This document shows positions 34,643 through 42,212 of a stretch of DNA of 62,373 nt, one piece after another. Where the stretch lies: contig DATEHB010000125.1 in the NCBI GenBank assembly GCA_035279805.1, positions 1 to 62,373 of the forward strand, written 5' to 3'. Positions within the stretch are counted from its first letter, which is position 1; every line of letters begins with the position of its first letter. Below the pieces are notes generated by a model. That model searched no databases. It was given only the letters and a program-made list of their open reading frames with translations, and was not told the origin of the DNA. A program made the translations under genes and the position numbers. The stretch comes from Candidatus Acidiferrales bacterium. Lineage in GTDB: Bacteria; Acidobacteriota; Terriglobia; Acidiferrales; UBA7541.

Positions 34643-35074
34643 CTAATATACGGAGCGATGCGAAGCAGAACGAGCGCGTGGAGCTGGTGCAGCGGCGCGA
34701 GGAACGACTGTCGCCATTTTACGGATCATCGCAAGCACGAGTTTCTTGTCGTCATCGGTCAGCGTGGTGCTGTACTTCTTGATGTCCGCAAGGAAACGGA
34801 TCTCTTCTTCCGAAAGCTCGCCTAGCATTTTCTTGGTTTCGCGATCCTGAGCAGTATCCGCTCCGGGGAAAAAATCGGCGAGGCTGATCTCCATCGCTTC
34901 GGCGATTTTTGCAAGAGTCTCGAGCGACGGAACAGTGTGGCCGTTTTCAACGCGAGAAAGATAACAACGCAGAAGACCAGTACGTCTTTCGATATCACCT
35001 TGCGACAGACCGCGGTCGTTGCGGTATGAGCGGATAACCTCTCCGATATTCACCTTGGGTTTTTCTTTCGGCAA
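34643..35074 (-). CDS. XRE-family helix-turn-helix transcriptional regulator
   Basis: TTG start has GGAG 7 nt upstream. HTH_3 pattern IRSYRNDRGLSQGDIERRTGLLRCYLSRVENGHTVPSLETLAKIAEAMEISLADFF. Confidence 0.85.
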   Translation of the reverse strand: MPKEKPKVNIGEVIRSYRNDRGLSQGDIERRTGLLRCYLSRVENGHTVPSLETLAKIAEAMEISLADFFPGADTAQDRETKKMLGELSEEEIRFLADIKKYSTTLTDDDKKLVLAMIRKMATVVPRAAAPAPRARSASHRSVY

Positions 35075-35196
35075 TTCGAAGCTCCTAGCCGCGCCATCTT
35101 ACGCAGAGGTGCCAGGCGGCGCAACAAGATTCTCATCAACTGTACGCTCTTTTTACCAAAAGAGTACCCCCAGATGAGCACGGCGAAACAGGCAGA

Positions 35197-36090
35197 TTAT
35201 CGAACGGAAGCGGGCAGTGGGAAACTAAGTCGTCGCAGACCGGCGCCGTCCTTGGCGGAGCGTTTATCAGTGTAAAGGGCCTCGTCAGCTCGTTTCAGGA
35301 GTTCCTGTGCGGATTCTCCCGGTTGATAATCAGCCCACCCGCAAGCGAAGGTTACCTTGACTTTCTCGCCGGCGCACTCGATTTCAAGGCCGTGAAGGCG
35401 CGCCAGAACATGGCGGACTTCTTCGGCGCGGCATTCGGGGAGTATAACGATGAATTCGTCGCCGCCTTGGCGAATAGCCAGATCCGAGCCGCGGATGGCA
35501 CGTTTCAGGGAATCGGCAAACGAGCGGATCATGGTGTCGCCCGCATCGTGGCCAAATTTGTCATTGCATTGCTTGAGGTCGTCAAGATCCAGGAGAAGAA
35601 TCGTAAGCGGCCGCGCGTGCCGCCGCGAGCGTGCGATTTCCTCGAACAGACGCTGTTCTCCCGAGCGCCGGTTGTGCAAATTCGTGAGCGGGTCGAGAAC
35701 GGCGAGTTTATAAACTTCTTCCGTCAGCAATTCGACTTTCGCGACAGACTCCATTTGATCGGCGAGCTGTCCGCGAATCTTATTGATTTGTGATTGCTGG
35801 TAAACGGAATAAACGCTGAAAAGCAGAACAAGTCCTACGAGACCTCTTACTGCCTGGGATAAGTAAAACGAATAGGATCCCTGATCGGCGCGCATCAGCC
35901 ACGGAAACGAAAAGGACGCCACACCGATCGTCAGCAACAGTATGATGAGGACCGCGGAGGACCACATCCACCACTGCTTTCGATCAAGACTCTTCAAGCT
36001 GGTGCGAATCTGATTCGCATGCGTCAGCCAAGGATCTGGGGGAAGGCCCTCGTGAGCCTTCGTGGGACGCGCTTCTTCCATGCCGTTCAA
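35197..36090 (-). CDS. Membrane-anchored diguanylate cyclase (2 TM + coiled coil + GGDEF)
   Basis: DPLTNLHNRR, LLLDLDDLKQCNDKFGHDAGD, an intact GGDEF (RQGGDEFIV), and an I-site RGSD five residues upstream. Confidence 0.9.
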   Translation of the reverse strand: MNGMEEARPTKAHEGLPPDPWLTHANQIRTSLKSLDRKQWWMWSSAVLIILLLTIGVASFSFPWLMRADQGSYSFYLSQAVRGLVGLVLLFSVYSVYQQSQINKIRGQLADQMESVAKVELLTEEVYKLAVLDPLTNLHNRRSGEQRLFEEIARSRRHARPLTILLLDLDDLKQCNDKFGHDAGDTMIRSFADSLKRAIRGSDLAIRQGGDEFIVILPECRAEEVRHVLARLHGLEIECAGEKVKVTFACGWADYQPGESAQELLKRADEALYTDKRSAKDGAGLRRLSFPLPASVR

Positions 36091-36189
36091 ATTTGAGCAT
36101 GGCGGCCAGCAGGGACGAATGGTACTTCAGCGAAATGTGCCCAGGTTCATACCCCAGGGTGCGGCGTAGATACTTGTTTTTCCAGCTAC

Positions 36190-36564
36190 TTAATTACGGC
36201 TGTTGGGCGTGATGCGTGGAGTAATGGGTGGAAAGGATATTTGCCAAAAGTTGCCTGCTGGCCCGATGAATTCGACGCCAACGGCCGACTTGCCATTTTC
36301 GCAGACATCCACATGGACTACGCGGCATTCCTGATGCTCGTCGGTGCGGCGGTTGACCAGGCGAAGCACCTGGCCGTGGCTTACCGGGCTGCCTAAAACC
36401 AAAAGACCTCCATTGGCATTCACGGAGAGCATACGCGCGGCCTCACGAAAGGCCTCCGACTCGCCATCGAAGGCAATCACCTCGACGGGAACAACCAACT
36501 GAAGCCGTTTGCTCCGGCGTTGTGCCCTGCTGGATTGTCTGACCTGAAATTCCGGTGGATTCAT
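36190..36564 (-). CDS. PilZ-domain protein (stand-alone)
   Basis: N-terminal RRSKR (RxxxR) and a beta-barrel-like core. The second motif is degenerate (SVNANGG rather than D/NxSxxG). Confidence 0.65.
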   Translation of the reverse strand: MNPPEFQVRQSSRAQRRSKRLQLVVPVEVIAFDGESEAFREAARMLSVNANGGLLVLGSPVSHGQVLRLVNRRTDEHQECRVVHVDVCENGKSAVGVEFIGPAGNFWQISFPPITPRITPNSRN

Positions 36565-36705
36565 GAAGGAACAGAATAGAGGTGAGGGTGAAACGCGGCA
36601 ATGGTACGGTGGCTGGGAACAAATGGTACGGGCGTCCTATCGTTACAAAAGAGCAGGAAGATCTGCGATAGGGCCTCGATAATCGCTCGGATGCAGCACA
36701 GGGAT

Positions 36706-36793
36706 TGGTGCCGGAGGAGGGGGTCGAACCCTCATGATGCTAAGCACCATTGGATTTTGAGTCCAACGCGTCTGCCAGTTCCGCCACTCCGGC
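36706..36793 (-). tRNA. tRNA-Leu (anticodon CAA), CCA encoded
   Basis: Minus strand reads GCCGGAG-UG-GCGGAACUGGCAGACGC-G-UUGGA-CUCAAAA-UCCAA-UGGUGCUUAGCAUCAU-GAGGG-UUCGACC-CCCUC-CUCCGGC-A-CCA. It has a 7-bp acceptor stem, a CU-CAA-AA anticodon loop, a long class II variable arm and a T-loop UUCGA. Confidence 0.95.
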
Positions 36794-36801
36794 GCGGGAT
36801 G

Positions 36802-36807
36802 ATTATA
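36802..36807 (-). promoter_or_regulatory. Perfect -10 hexamer TATAAT 8 nt upstream of the tRNA-Leu 5' end
   Basis: Minus strand reads ccctgTATAATcatcccgc|GCCGGAG. No convincing -35. Confidence 0.4.
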
Positions 36808-36997
36808 CAGGGAGGCGGCGCGATTTCTCCAGAGAAGGAATGCACGATTATTCACGCCGGCCTGCCTGCGGAACGACGATTCATTCCGGCAGACAACTGA
36901 CTGTTCTGGTAAGATTCCGCCGCCAGTGAGATACGGCGCCGGTCATTACAGGCGTGAAGGTGAGCCGCAAGATAACTTTGAAAGCCGGGAGGATGCG

Positions 36998-37756
36998 ATG
37001 AAGAAACTGTTGCTATACGCGGGCGTTTTAGCTATGGGACTTCTTACGAACGCGCCTTACGCTGCCGCTCAGGAAAGACCAGCTCAAATCCTATACACCT
37101 ACGTCGCGAATTGGAGTGTACCGCGAGCGCAATGGGGAGGCATGGACAAATTCGCGCAAGGCATGACGCCGACGCTCGATAAGCTGGTGAATGACGGTAC
37201 GCTGACGGGCTATGGATCAGCAGATCCCGTGGTACATACCGAAGATGGGCCGACTCATGAAGACTGGCTGCAGGCGACGAGCATCGGCGGAATTTTGAAG
37301 GCGCTCGATGCGCTGCGAGAAGCGGATACGACGAGCGCCGTGCTGGCAAATGCGAAGCACAGTGATCTGTTTCTGCGTTCCACGATTCATGCAATTAAGC
37401 CCGGAACTTACCAGCACGGATATTTGTGGGTGGGATCCTTCGCGATCAAACCTGGGCACGTGGAGGACTGGAGCCAGAATTTCAAAACGTATGTGGCACC
37501 TCAATTAGACAAATTCATCGAGGACGGAACGCTTGCGGGATACCAGTTGGACACACAACTGGTGCATGAGGGCGACACGAACACGCTCGATTATGCTTTT
37601 GTGACGACGCATCCTGATGGAATCGACAAGGTGCAGGCCATGATTCGCGAAATTGAAGGGAAAAATCCGGCGATCGGTGGTGCGTTCGATTCCTGGGAAC
37701 GCGATACGGGGCATTCGGACTCGATCTCACTGGTGACAATGATGAGAGCGAAATAA
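36998..37756 (+). CDS. Hypothetical secreted protein built from two homologous ~100-aa halves
   Basis: ATG at 36998 has GGGAGG upstream (track start 36926 is less likely). Signal peptide MKKLLLYAGVLAMGLLTNAPYAAAQE. The two halves align by eye (YTYVANWSV...LDKLVNDGTLTGYG...VVHTED versus YLWVGSFAI...LDKFIEDGTLAGYQ...LVHEGD). Confidence 0.6.
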   Translation: MKKLLLYAGVLAMGLLTNAPYAAAQERPAQILYTYVANWSVPRAQWGGMDKFAQGMTPTLDKLVNDGTLTGYGSADPVVHTEDGPTHEDWLQATSIGGILKALDALREADTTSAVLANAKHSDLFLRSTIHAIKPGTYQHGYLWVGSFAIKPGHVEDWSQNFKTYVAPQLDKFIEDGTLAGYQLDTQLVHEGDTNTLDYAFVTTHPDGIDKVQAMIREIEGKNPAIGGAFDSWERDTGHSDSISLVTMMRAK

Positions 37757-37765
37757 GGAGACCGT

Positions 37766-37800
37766 GAAGAACACCGACGTTCTTCTTGAACTTTAATTTC
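37766..37800 (+). terminator. Rho-independent terminator candidate after the secreted-protein gene
   Basis: GAAGAAC-ACCGAC-GTTCTTC (7-bp stem) followed by the T-rich TTGAACTTTAATTTC. Confidence 0.5.
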
Positions 37801-37818
37801 TAAGAGTGGCCGATAGCC

Positions 37819-39138
37819 ATGCGTGCTGAACCCTCCGCGAAACAAGACAAATTCCCACAGGAATGGCGAACAGGGTTCTGGGCGCTGATCGCGACGCAAT
37901 TCCAAGGCGCATTCAGCGACAATTTTTTGAAGTGGGTGACGATTTTCCTGGCGCTCGAGCTTGGATTGCCTCAGGCGCGCCGAGATACTCTTGTCGTGCT
38001 GGTGATACCGCTACTTTTTGCGTTGCCCTTTTTATTATTTTCGATGACCGGCGGATATCTGGCCGACCGCTATAGCAAACGCAGTGTAACCATTGGGACC
38101 AAAATAATGGAATTTGCGGTAGTGATTCTTGCTACCGCGGGTCTTGCCCTGCATAGTTTCGCAATTGTCGTCGCGGCGGTGTTTTTAATCGGCTGCCAGG
38201 CCGCGCTGTTCGGACCTTCCAAGTACGGATTGTTGCCGGAACTGCTGCCGAAGACGAAGCTGTCCTGGGGAAACGGAATTCTCGAACTGGGCACGTTCCT
38301 GGCGATTTTGATTGGGACGATTACTGGCGGCCTGCTGGCGGAACAGTTCCGCAATAGGGAGTTTTGGAACGGATGGATGCTCGTGGGCCTTGCGGTGGCT
38401 GGTTTGGGACTCAGCGCGAAAATCTCACGAGTGCCGCCAGCAAATCCGGCCAGAAAATTCCATTGGAATCCGGCGGCAGAGCTGTGGGACGAAATAGCTT
38501 TAATCCGAAAAGACCGCGTTTTGTGGGCAGCGGTACTCGGAAACATCTATTTTTGGTTTCTCGGATCGTTGGTGCTCATCAACATCGTGCTCTACGCAAC
38601 GGACATTCTGCGCGTGAACGAAACTCGAACAAGTTTGTTAATGGCCGCGACGACTCTAGGAATTGGACTTGGAAGCCTCGCCGCAGGATACTTATCGCGC
38701 GGGCGCATCGAGTATGGGTTGATCAGCGCGGGCGCAATAGGAATCAGCGCCATGGCGGCGGTTCTCGGGATTCCGAACGTGCGTTATGGAAATCCAGCCA
38801 TATTCCTGGGCGCGCTGGGATTTTTTGCCGGATTTTTTGCGGTGCCAATTAACGCGATCATCCAGCATCGGCCCGAACCAGGTCGCAAAGGAAGCGTGAT
38901 TGCAGCGGCGAATCTGCTTTCGTTTGTGGGAATCGCGTTACAACCCATCGCACAATATGTGCTGCTGAAAATTGGGCATCCGAATCCGGTAAAAATGTTC
39001 ATCATTATCGCTGCGCTGACGCTGGGCGCGATGTTTTGCATAGCCGTAATGATCCCGGATTCGTTGCGCCGGGTGGTCGCCTGGATCCGGCCGGTCTCGG
39101 CCGAGGATTCACGCGCTGACACGTCACCACGCCTCTAG
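37819..39138 (+). CDS. lplT: MFS transporter, lysophospholipid transporter LplT-like
   Basis: About 12 TM segments. The N-terminal pattern FWALIATQFQGAFSDNFLKWVTIF...MTGGYLADRYSKR resembles LplT/MFS_1. Confidence 0.65.
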   Translation: MRAEPSAKQDKFPQEWRTGFWALIATQFQGAFSDNFLKWVTIFLALELGLPQARRDTLVVLVIPLLFALPFLLFSMTGGYLADRYSKRSVTIGTKIMEFAVVILATAGLALHSFAIVVAAVFLIGCQAALFGPSKYGLLPELLPKTKLSWGNGILELGTFLAILIGTITGGLLAEQFRNREFWNGWMLVGLAVAGLGLSAKISRVPPANPARKFHWNPAAELWDEIALIRKDRVLWAAVLGNIYFWFLGSLVLINIVLYATDILRVNETRTSLLMAATTLGIGLGSLAAGYLSRGRIEYGLISAGAIGISAMAAVLGIPNVRYGNPAIFLGALGFFAGFFAVPINAIIQHRPEPGRKGSVIAAANLLSFVGIALQPIAQYVLLKIGHPNPVKMFIIIAALTLGAMFCIAVMIPDSLRRVVAWIRPVSAEDSRADTSPRL

Positions 39139-39191
39139 CGTACTCTCCACGAAAGAGCCATAAGATCAAACGTTCAAATCAAGACAAGCGG

Positions 39192-40262
39192 TTAGAAGAC
39201 CGCCAGCTTGACGTGCAAGAATTTCTTCGGATCGCGGCGGAAATCGCCGATCATCAGGCGCATGTCGCCGGTAAGCCCAGTCACGTTGTTATAAAGCTGC
39301 GGATCGGTGAAAAATTTACCCAGAGTTCCCTGCCCGTTGTTGAGTTTCGAAGTAACGTCGCGAACGTTCGCGGAAGCGTCGCGGAGATTCGCAAAGACGG
39401 TATCGTCCGTAACCAATTTCCCGAGCGTGCCCTGTCCACTGCGTACTCCTGCGAGAAGGGCGTTTGAATTCGCAAGGAACTGCTTTGTCTGGTCATAGAC
39501 GGCGGGATCGTAGACGAGTTTGCCGAGAGTTCCCTTTTGTGCCTGGATGTCGCCAAAAATCGCCTCGGCGTGGCCCATCGTAGCGTCAAACTTGTTATAA
39601 AGCTCGTCGGAGGCAACAAGTTTTCCGATTGATCCTTTGCCGGCCTGGACGGAAGCCACCATGGACTCCGCCTTGGAGGCCATCGCGTCAAAGTGATTGT
39701 AGAGCGAAGGATCATAGATAAATTTGCCGGCCGTGCCCTGTCCGTGACGAACGGCACCGATGATGTCGCCGACCTGCTGCGTTAGCTGGCCGAGGTTGGC
39801 TTCGAGTTCGATGCCACGCTCGACGATTTCCTGCATGTCGTTGCCAGCCTTACCGGGGATGGTGCCCTTATTTTGGACAATCCCGCCCTGGAAGCCACGG
39901 GAAACGGTGACATATCGGTTGCCGAGAAGTCCGGACGTAATCAGACTTGCCTGCGAATCGGTACGAATCAGGTCCTGATAGCGCTTGTCGATGCGCATAT
40001 CGACCTCGATGTTGTGCATGCGGTCGGTAGGGTGTGGATTGATTCTTAAACTCTCCACGTTGCCGACGGTAACCCCGTCCAGGCTCACGGGCGCACCCTG
40101 CTGGAGATCCGAAACTTCCGGCAGATAGGTCTTAAGCGAATACTTTGCGCCCCAATTCACGCCAGTGACGTAAAAAATCGCTACCGCCAGAAGTATCAAA
40201 CCTGCCAGAACGAACAGCCCTACGCGAAGTTCCGCCCACGTGAGTTGCTTCCGTTGCGCCAT
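39192..40262 (-). CDS. mlaD: MlaD/MCE-family protein with repeat-containing C-terminal extension
   Basis: N-terminal TM helix and MCE domain (YSLKTYLPEVSDLQQGAPVSLDGVTVGNVESL...ITSGLLGNRYV), followed by five 34-aa repeats. Confidence 0.85.
   Translation of the reverse strand: MAQRKQLTWAELRVGLFVLAGLILLAVAIFYVTGVNWGAKYSLKTYLPEVSDLQQGAPVSLDGVTVGNVESLRINPHPTDRMHNIEVDMRIDKRYQDLIRTDSQASLITSGLLGNRYVTVSRGFQGGIVQNKGTIPGKAGNDMQEIVERGIELEANLGQLTQQVGDIIGAVRHGQGTAGKFIYDPSLYNHFDAMASKAESMVASVQAGKGSIGKLVASDELYNKFDATMGHAEAIFGDIQAQKGTLGKLVYDPAVYDQTKQFLANSNALLAGVRSGQGTLGKLVTDDTVFANLRDASANVRDVTSKLNNGQGTLGKFFTDPQLYNNVTGLTGDMRLMIGDFRRDPKKFLHVKLAVF
39234..39743 (-). repeat. Five tandem 34-aa (102-nt) coding repeats in the MlaD C-terminal region
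   Basis: GQGTAGKFIYDPSLYNHFDAMASKAESMVASVQA / GKGSIGKLVASDELYNKFDATMGHAEAIFGDIQA / QKGTLGKLVYDPAVYDQTKQFLANSNALLAGVRS / GQGTLGKLVTDDTVFANLRDASANVRDVTSKLNN / GQGTLGKFFTDPQLYNNVTGLTGDMRLMIGDFRR. Confidence 0.85.
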
Positions 40263-40332
40263 CTCTCTCCTCCTCTGAACTCAATCGAATTTCGAAGAAT
40301 AATGTTTCGTTTCGAAATCAAGGCATACGTTT

Positions 40333-41163
40333 TCACGATAAGAATTCGCGAAGATAAGGATCTTTCGACTTCAACAGCTCCTGCGTCTCACCTTGGAAAT
40401 AAACCTGGGAATCGCGAAGCACCAGAAAATTCGTCGGCGAGAAATGGCGGCCGTTTTGGTCTTCCCAAACTGGGACTACGTGGGCAGATTTCGAATCGAA
40501 GAGAAAATTGGCAAGGCCGAAAGCATCCTGAAGACGATGGGTAGCCAGGAGAGACGTGACGCCATTCAGATCGCGGAGGCGGAGAATCAGCGTGATGATG
40601 GTCTGGCTCGTGATTGGATCCAGTCCGCCGGTGGGCGAATCGTAATACACGATCGGCGGCTGGTCGATCAGCGCGCGTGCGATTGAAACGCGACGGCGCA
40701 TCCCTCCGGAGAGCTCATCCGGGAATTTATCGTAAGCATCCTCCATTTCGACAAACCGGAGAGCCTCGCGAACTCGGGGTTCAGTTTCCTCGACGGGAAC
40801 AGATTCTTCGTCCAGTCGAAAAGAAACATTTTCCGCCACATTGAGGGAATCGAAGAGCGCCCCTTCCTGGAAGACAAAACCGATACGGCGGCGGAAGTCG
40901 AGCAAGTCGACCTCGTTCATATCCGTGAGATCGTGGCCCATAACAACTACACGGCCAGACTGTGGGCGCAACAGTCCGGCGGCAAGCTTGAGAAGAACAG
41001 TCTTCCCGGAGCCGCTTTCGCCCAGGATGACCTTTGTTTCACCCGCAACGACTTCGAAGGAGACTTCTCGAAGGACTTCCCCTTCGTCGAAGGCAATGCT
41101 GACATCCTCGAAGCGGATCAAGGGTTCGCCCGGCACGATATTACCTGTCAACTCGGTTGACAT
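40333..41163 (-). CDS. mlaF: ABC transporter ATP-binding protein MlaF-like
   Basis: ATG at 41163 has GGAG 7 nt upstream (track start is TTG 41181). Walker A GESGSGKT, signature LSGGMRRRV, Walker B IVYYDSPT. Confidence 0.9.
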   Translation of the reverse strand: MSTELTGNIVPGEPLIRFEDVSIAFDEGEVLREVSFEVVAGETKVILGESGSGKTVLLKLAAGLLRPQSGRVVVMGHDLTDMNEVDLLDFRRRIGFVFQEGALFDSLNVAENVSFRLDEESVPVEETEPRVREALRFVEMEDAYDKFPDELSGGMRRRVSIARALIDQPPIVYYDSPTGGLDPITSQTIITLILRLRDLNGVTSLLATHRLQDAFGLANFLFDSKSAHVVPVWEDQNGRHFSPTNFLVLRDSQVYFQGETQELLKSKDPYLREFLS

Positions 41164-41244
41164 CGCGCTCCATTCACGCAAGCGATTCGATTATAGATGG
41201 AAACGTACACCGCAGCCGCCGGAAAAACGCCCGGCGACGTGTCG

Positions 41245-42063
41245 CTACACGAACCAATAGAGCAAGAGCTTGCCTAGAAAGAAGTCACTCACGAGAATCG
41301 CAACCGAAGCGACGACCACAGCTGTGGTGGTGGCGCGGCCGACACCCTGCGTACCGCCGCGCGTGCGCAGGCCGTAATAACATGCAACCGTGGCGATGAT
41401 AATTGCGAAGACGAAAGGTTTAGCGAGCCCCATGACAAGATCGCCGAAGGCCAAAGCGTGGACGGCACGGTTCCAGAATTCGACGGCGCTCAAGCCCAGC
41501 GTGAAGTGGGCGACGATATAACCTCCGATAAGCCCAACGAGGTCGGCGACCGCTGTGAGGAGCGGCAAAACAAGTATGGTTGCAATAAGCCGCGGGACCA
41601 CGAGCTTGCGTACAGGATCCGTGCCTAGCGCGCGCATTGCGTCAACCTGCTCGGTGACTACCATAGAGCCCAATTCTGAAGCTATGCCCGAGCCATTACG
41701 CCCGGTGACAAGCAATCCGGCAATCGTTGGGCCCAGCTCGCGCACCAGGGCGATCGCGACCGTGTCTCCCGTCAGCGCAGTCTCGCCGAACCTTTGGAAT
41801 TGAGTGGCTGTGTTCAACACCATCACGCCGCCAATAAAGAACCCGGTGAGCAGGATAATCGGAAGCGAACCGACGCCGATGGCGTCCATCTGATCGAGTA
41901 CATCCTGCGGGTAGTGGGGCGGCGTGAAGATTTTGGCGACCGCATCGCCAACCAGTTGAGAATAGCTCTGAAGCGAAAAAAGTTTGCGCTTTAAGGAGTC
42001 GCTCACCGCAACGGCTGGCGAGGGGGTGTCGGGCTCGGGCGTCTTGGAGGTGAGCGTCGCCAT
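41245..42063 (-). CDS. mlaE: ABC transporter permease MlaE-like
   Basis: ATG at 42063 (MATLTSKTPEP...) is preferred over track start 42204. It has MlaE blocks VGVGSLPIILLTGFFIGGVMV..., VTEQVDAMRALG, VVPRLIA. Confidence 0.85.
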   Translation of the reverse strand: MATLTSKTPEPDTPSPAVAVSDSLKRKLFSLQSYSQLVGDAVAKIFTPPHYPQDVLDQMDAIGVGSLPIILLTGFFIGGVMVLNTATQFQRFGETALTGDTVAIALVRELGPTIAGLLVTGRNGSGIASELGSMVVTEQVDAMRALGTDPVRKLVVPRLIATILVLPLLTAVADLVGLIGGYIVAHFTLGLSAVEFWNRAVHALAFGDLVMGLAKPFVFAIIIATVACYYGLRTRGGTQGVGRATTTAVVVASVAILVSDFFLGKLLLYWFV

Positions 42064-42147
42064 CGTGCAAATTAAGAGCTTCGACAGCGTAACGTTGAGT
42101 ATGGAGGACGTCAAGGCATCTCGGAGTGAATTTGCTTGCGTGACGGC

Positions 42148-42176
42148 TTTACGGGCGCTGGAGCGTCCGGTAGAAT
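42148..42176 (+). promoter_or_regulatory. Candidate sigma70-type promoter of aroC (-35 TTTACG, 17-nt spacer, -10 TAGAAT)
   Basis: Reads ggcTTTACGggcgctggagcgtccggTAGAATcgt, ending 36 nt upstream of the aroC ATG. Confidence 0.4.
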
Positions 42177-42212
42177 CGTGCGTCCTTCGAGCGCACTCGA
42201 ACACCCAACTAT

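Noticed and set aside
34555-36998. A possible genomic island or integrative element at the tRNA-Leu locus.
   Set aside because: I found no integrase, excisionase, transposase or phage genes and no direct repeat of the tRNA 3' end, and I saw no obvious compositional break. I treated it as a normal chromosomal neighbourhood, and the c-di-GMP genes are reported separately.
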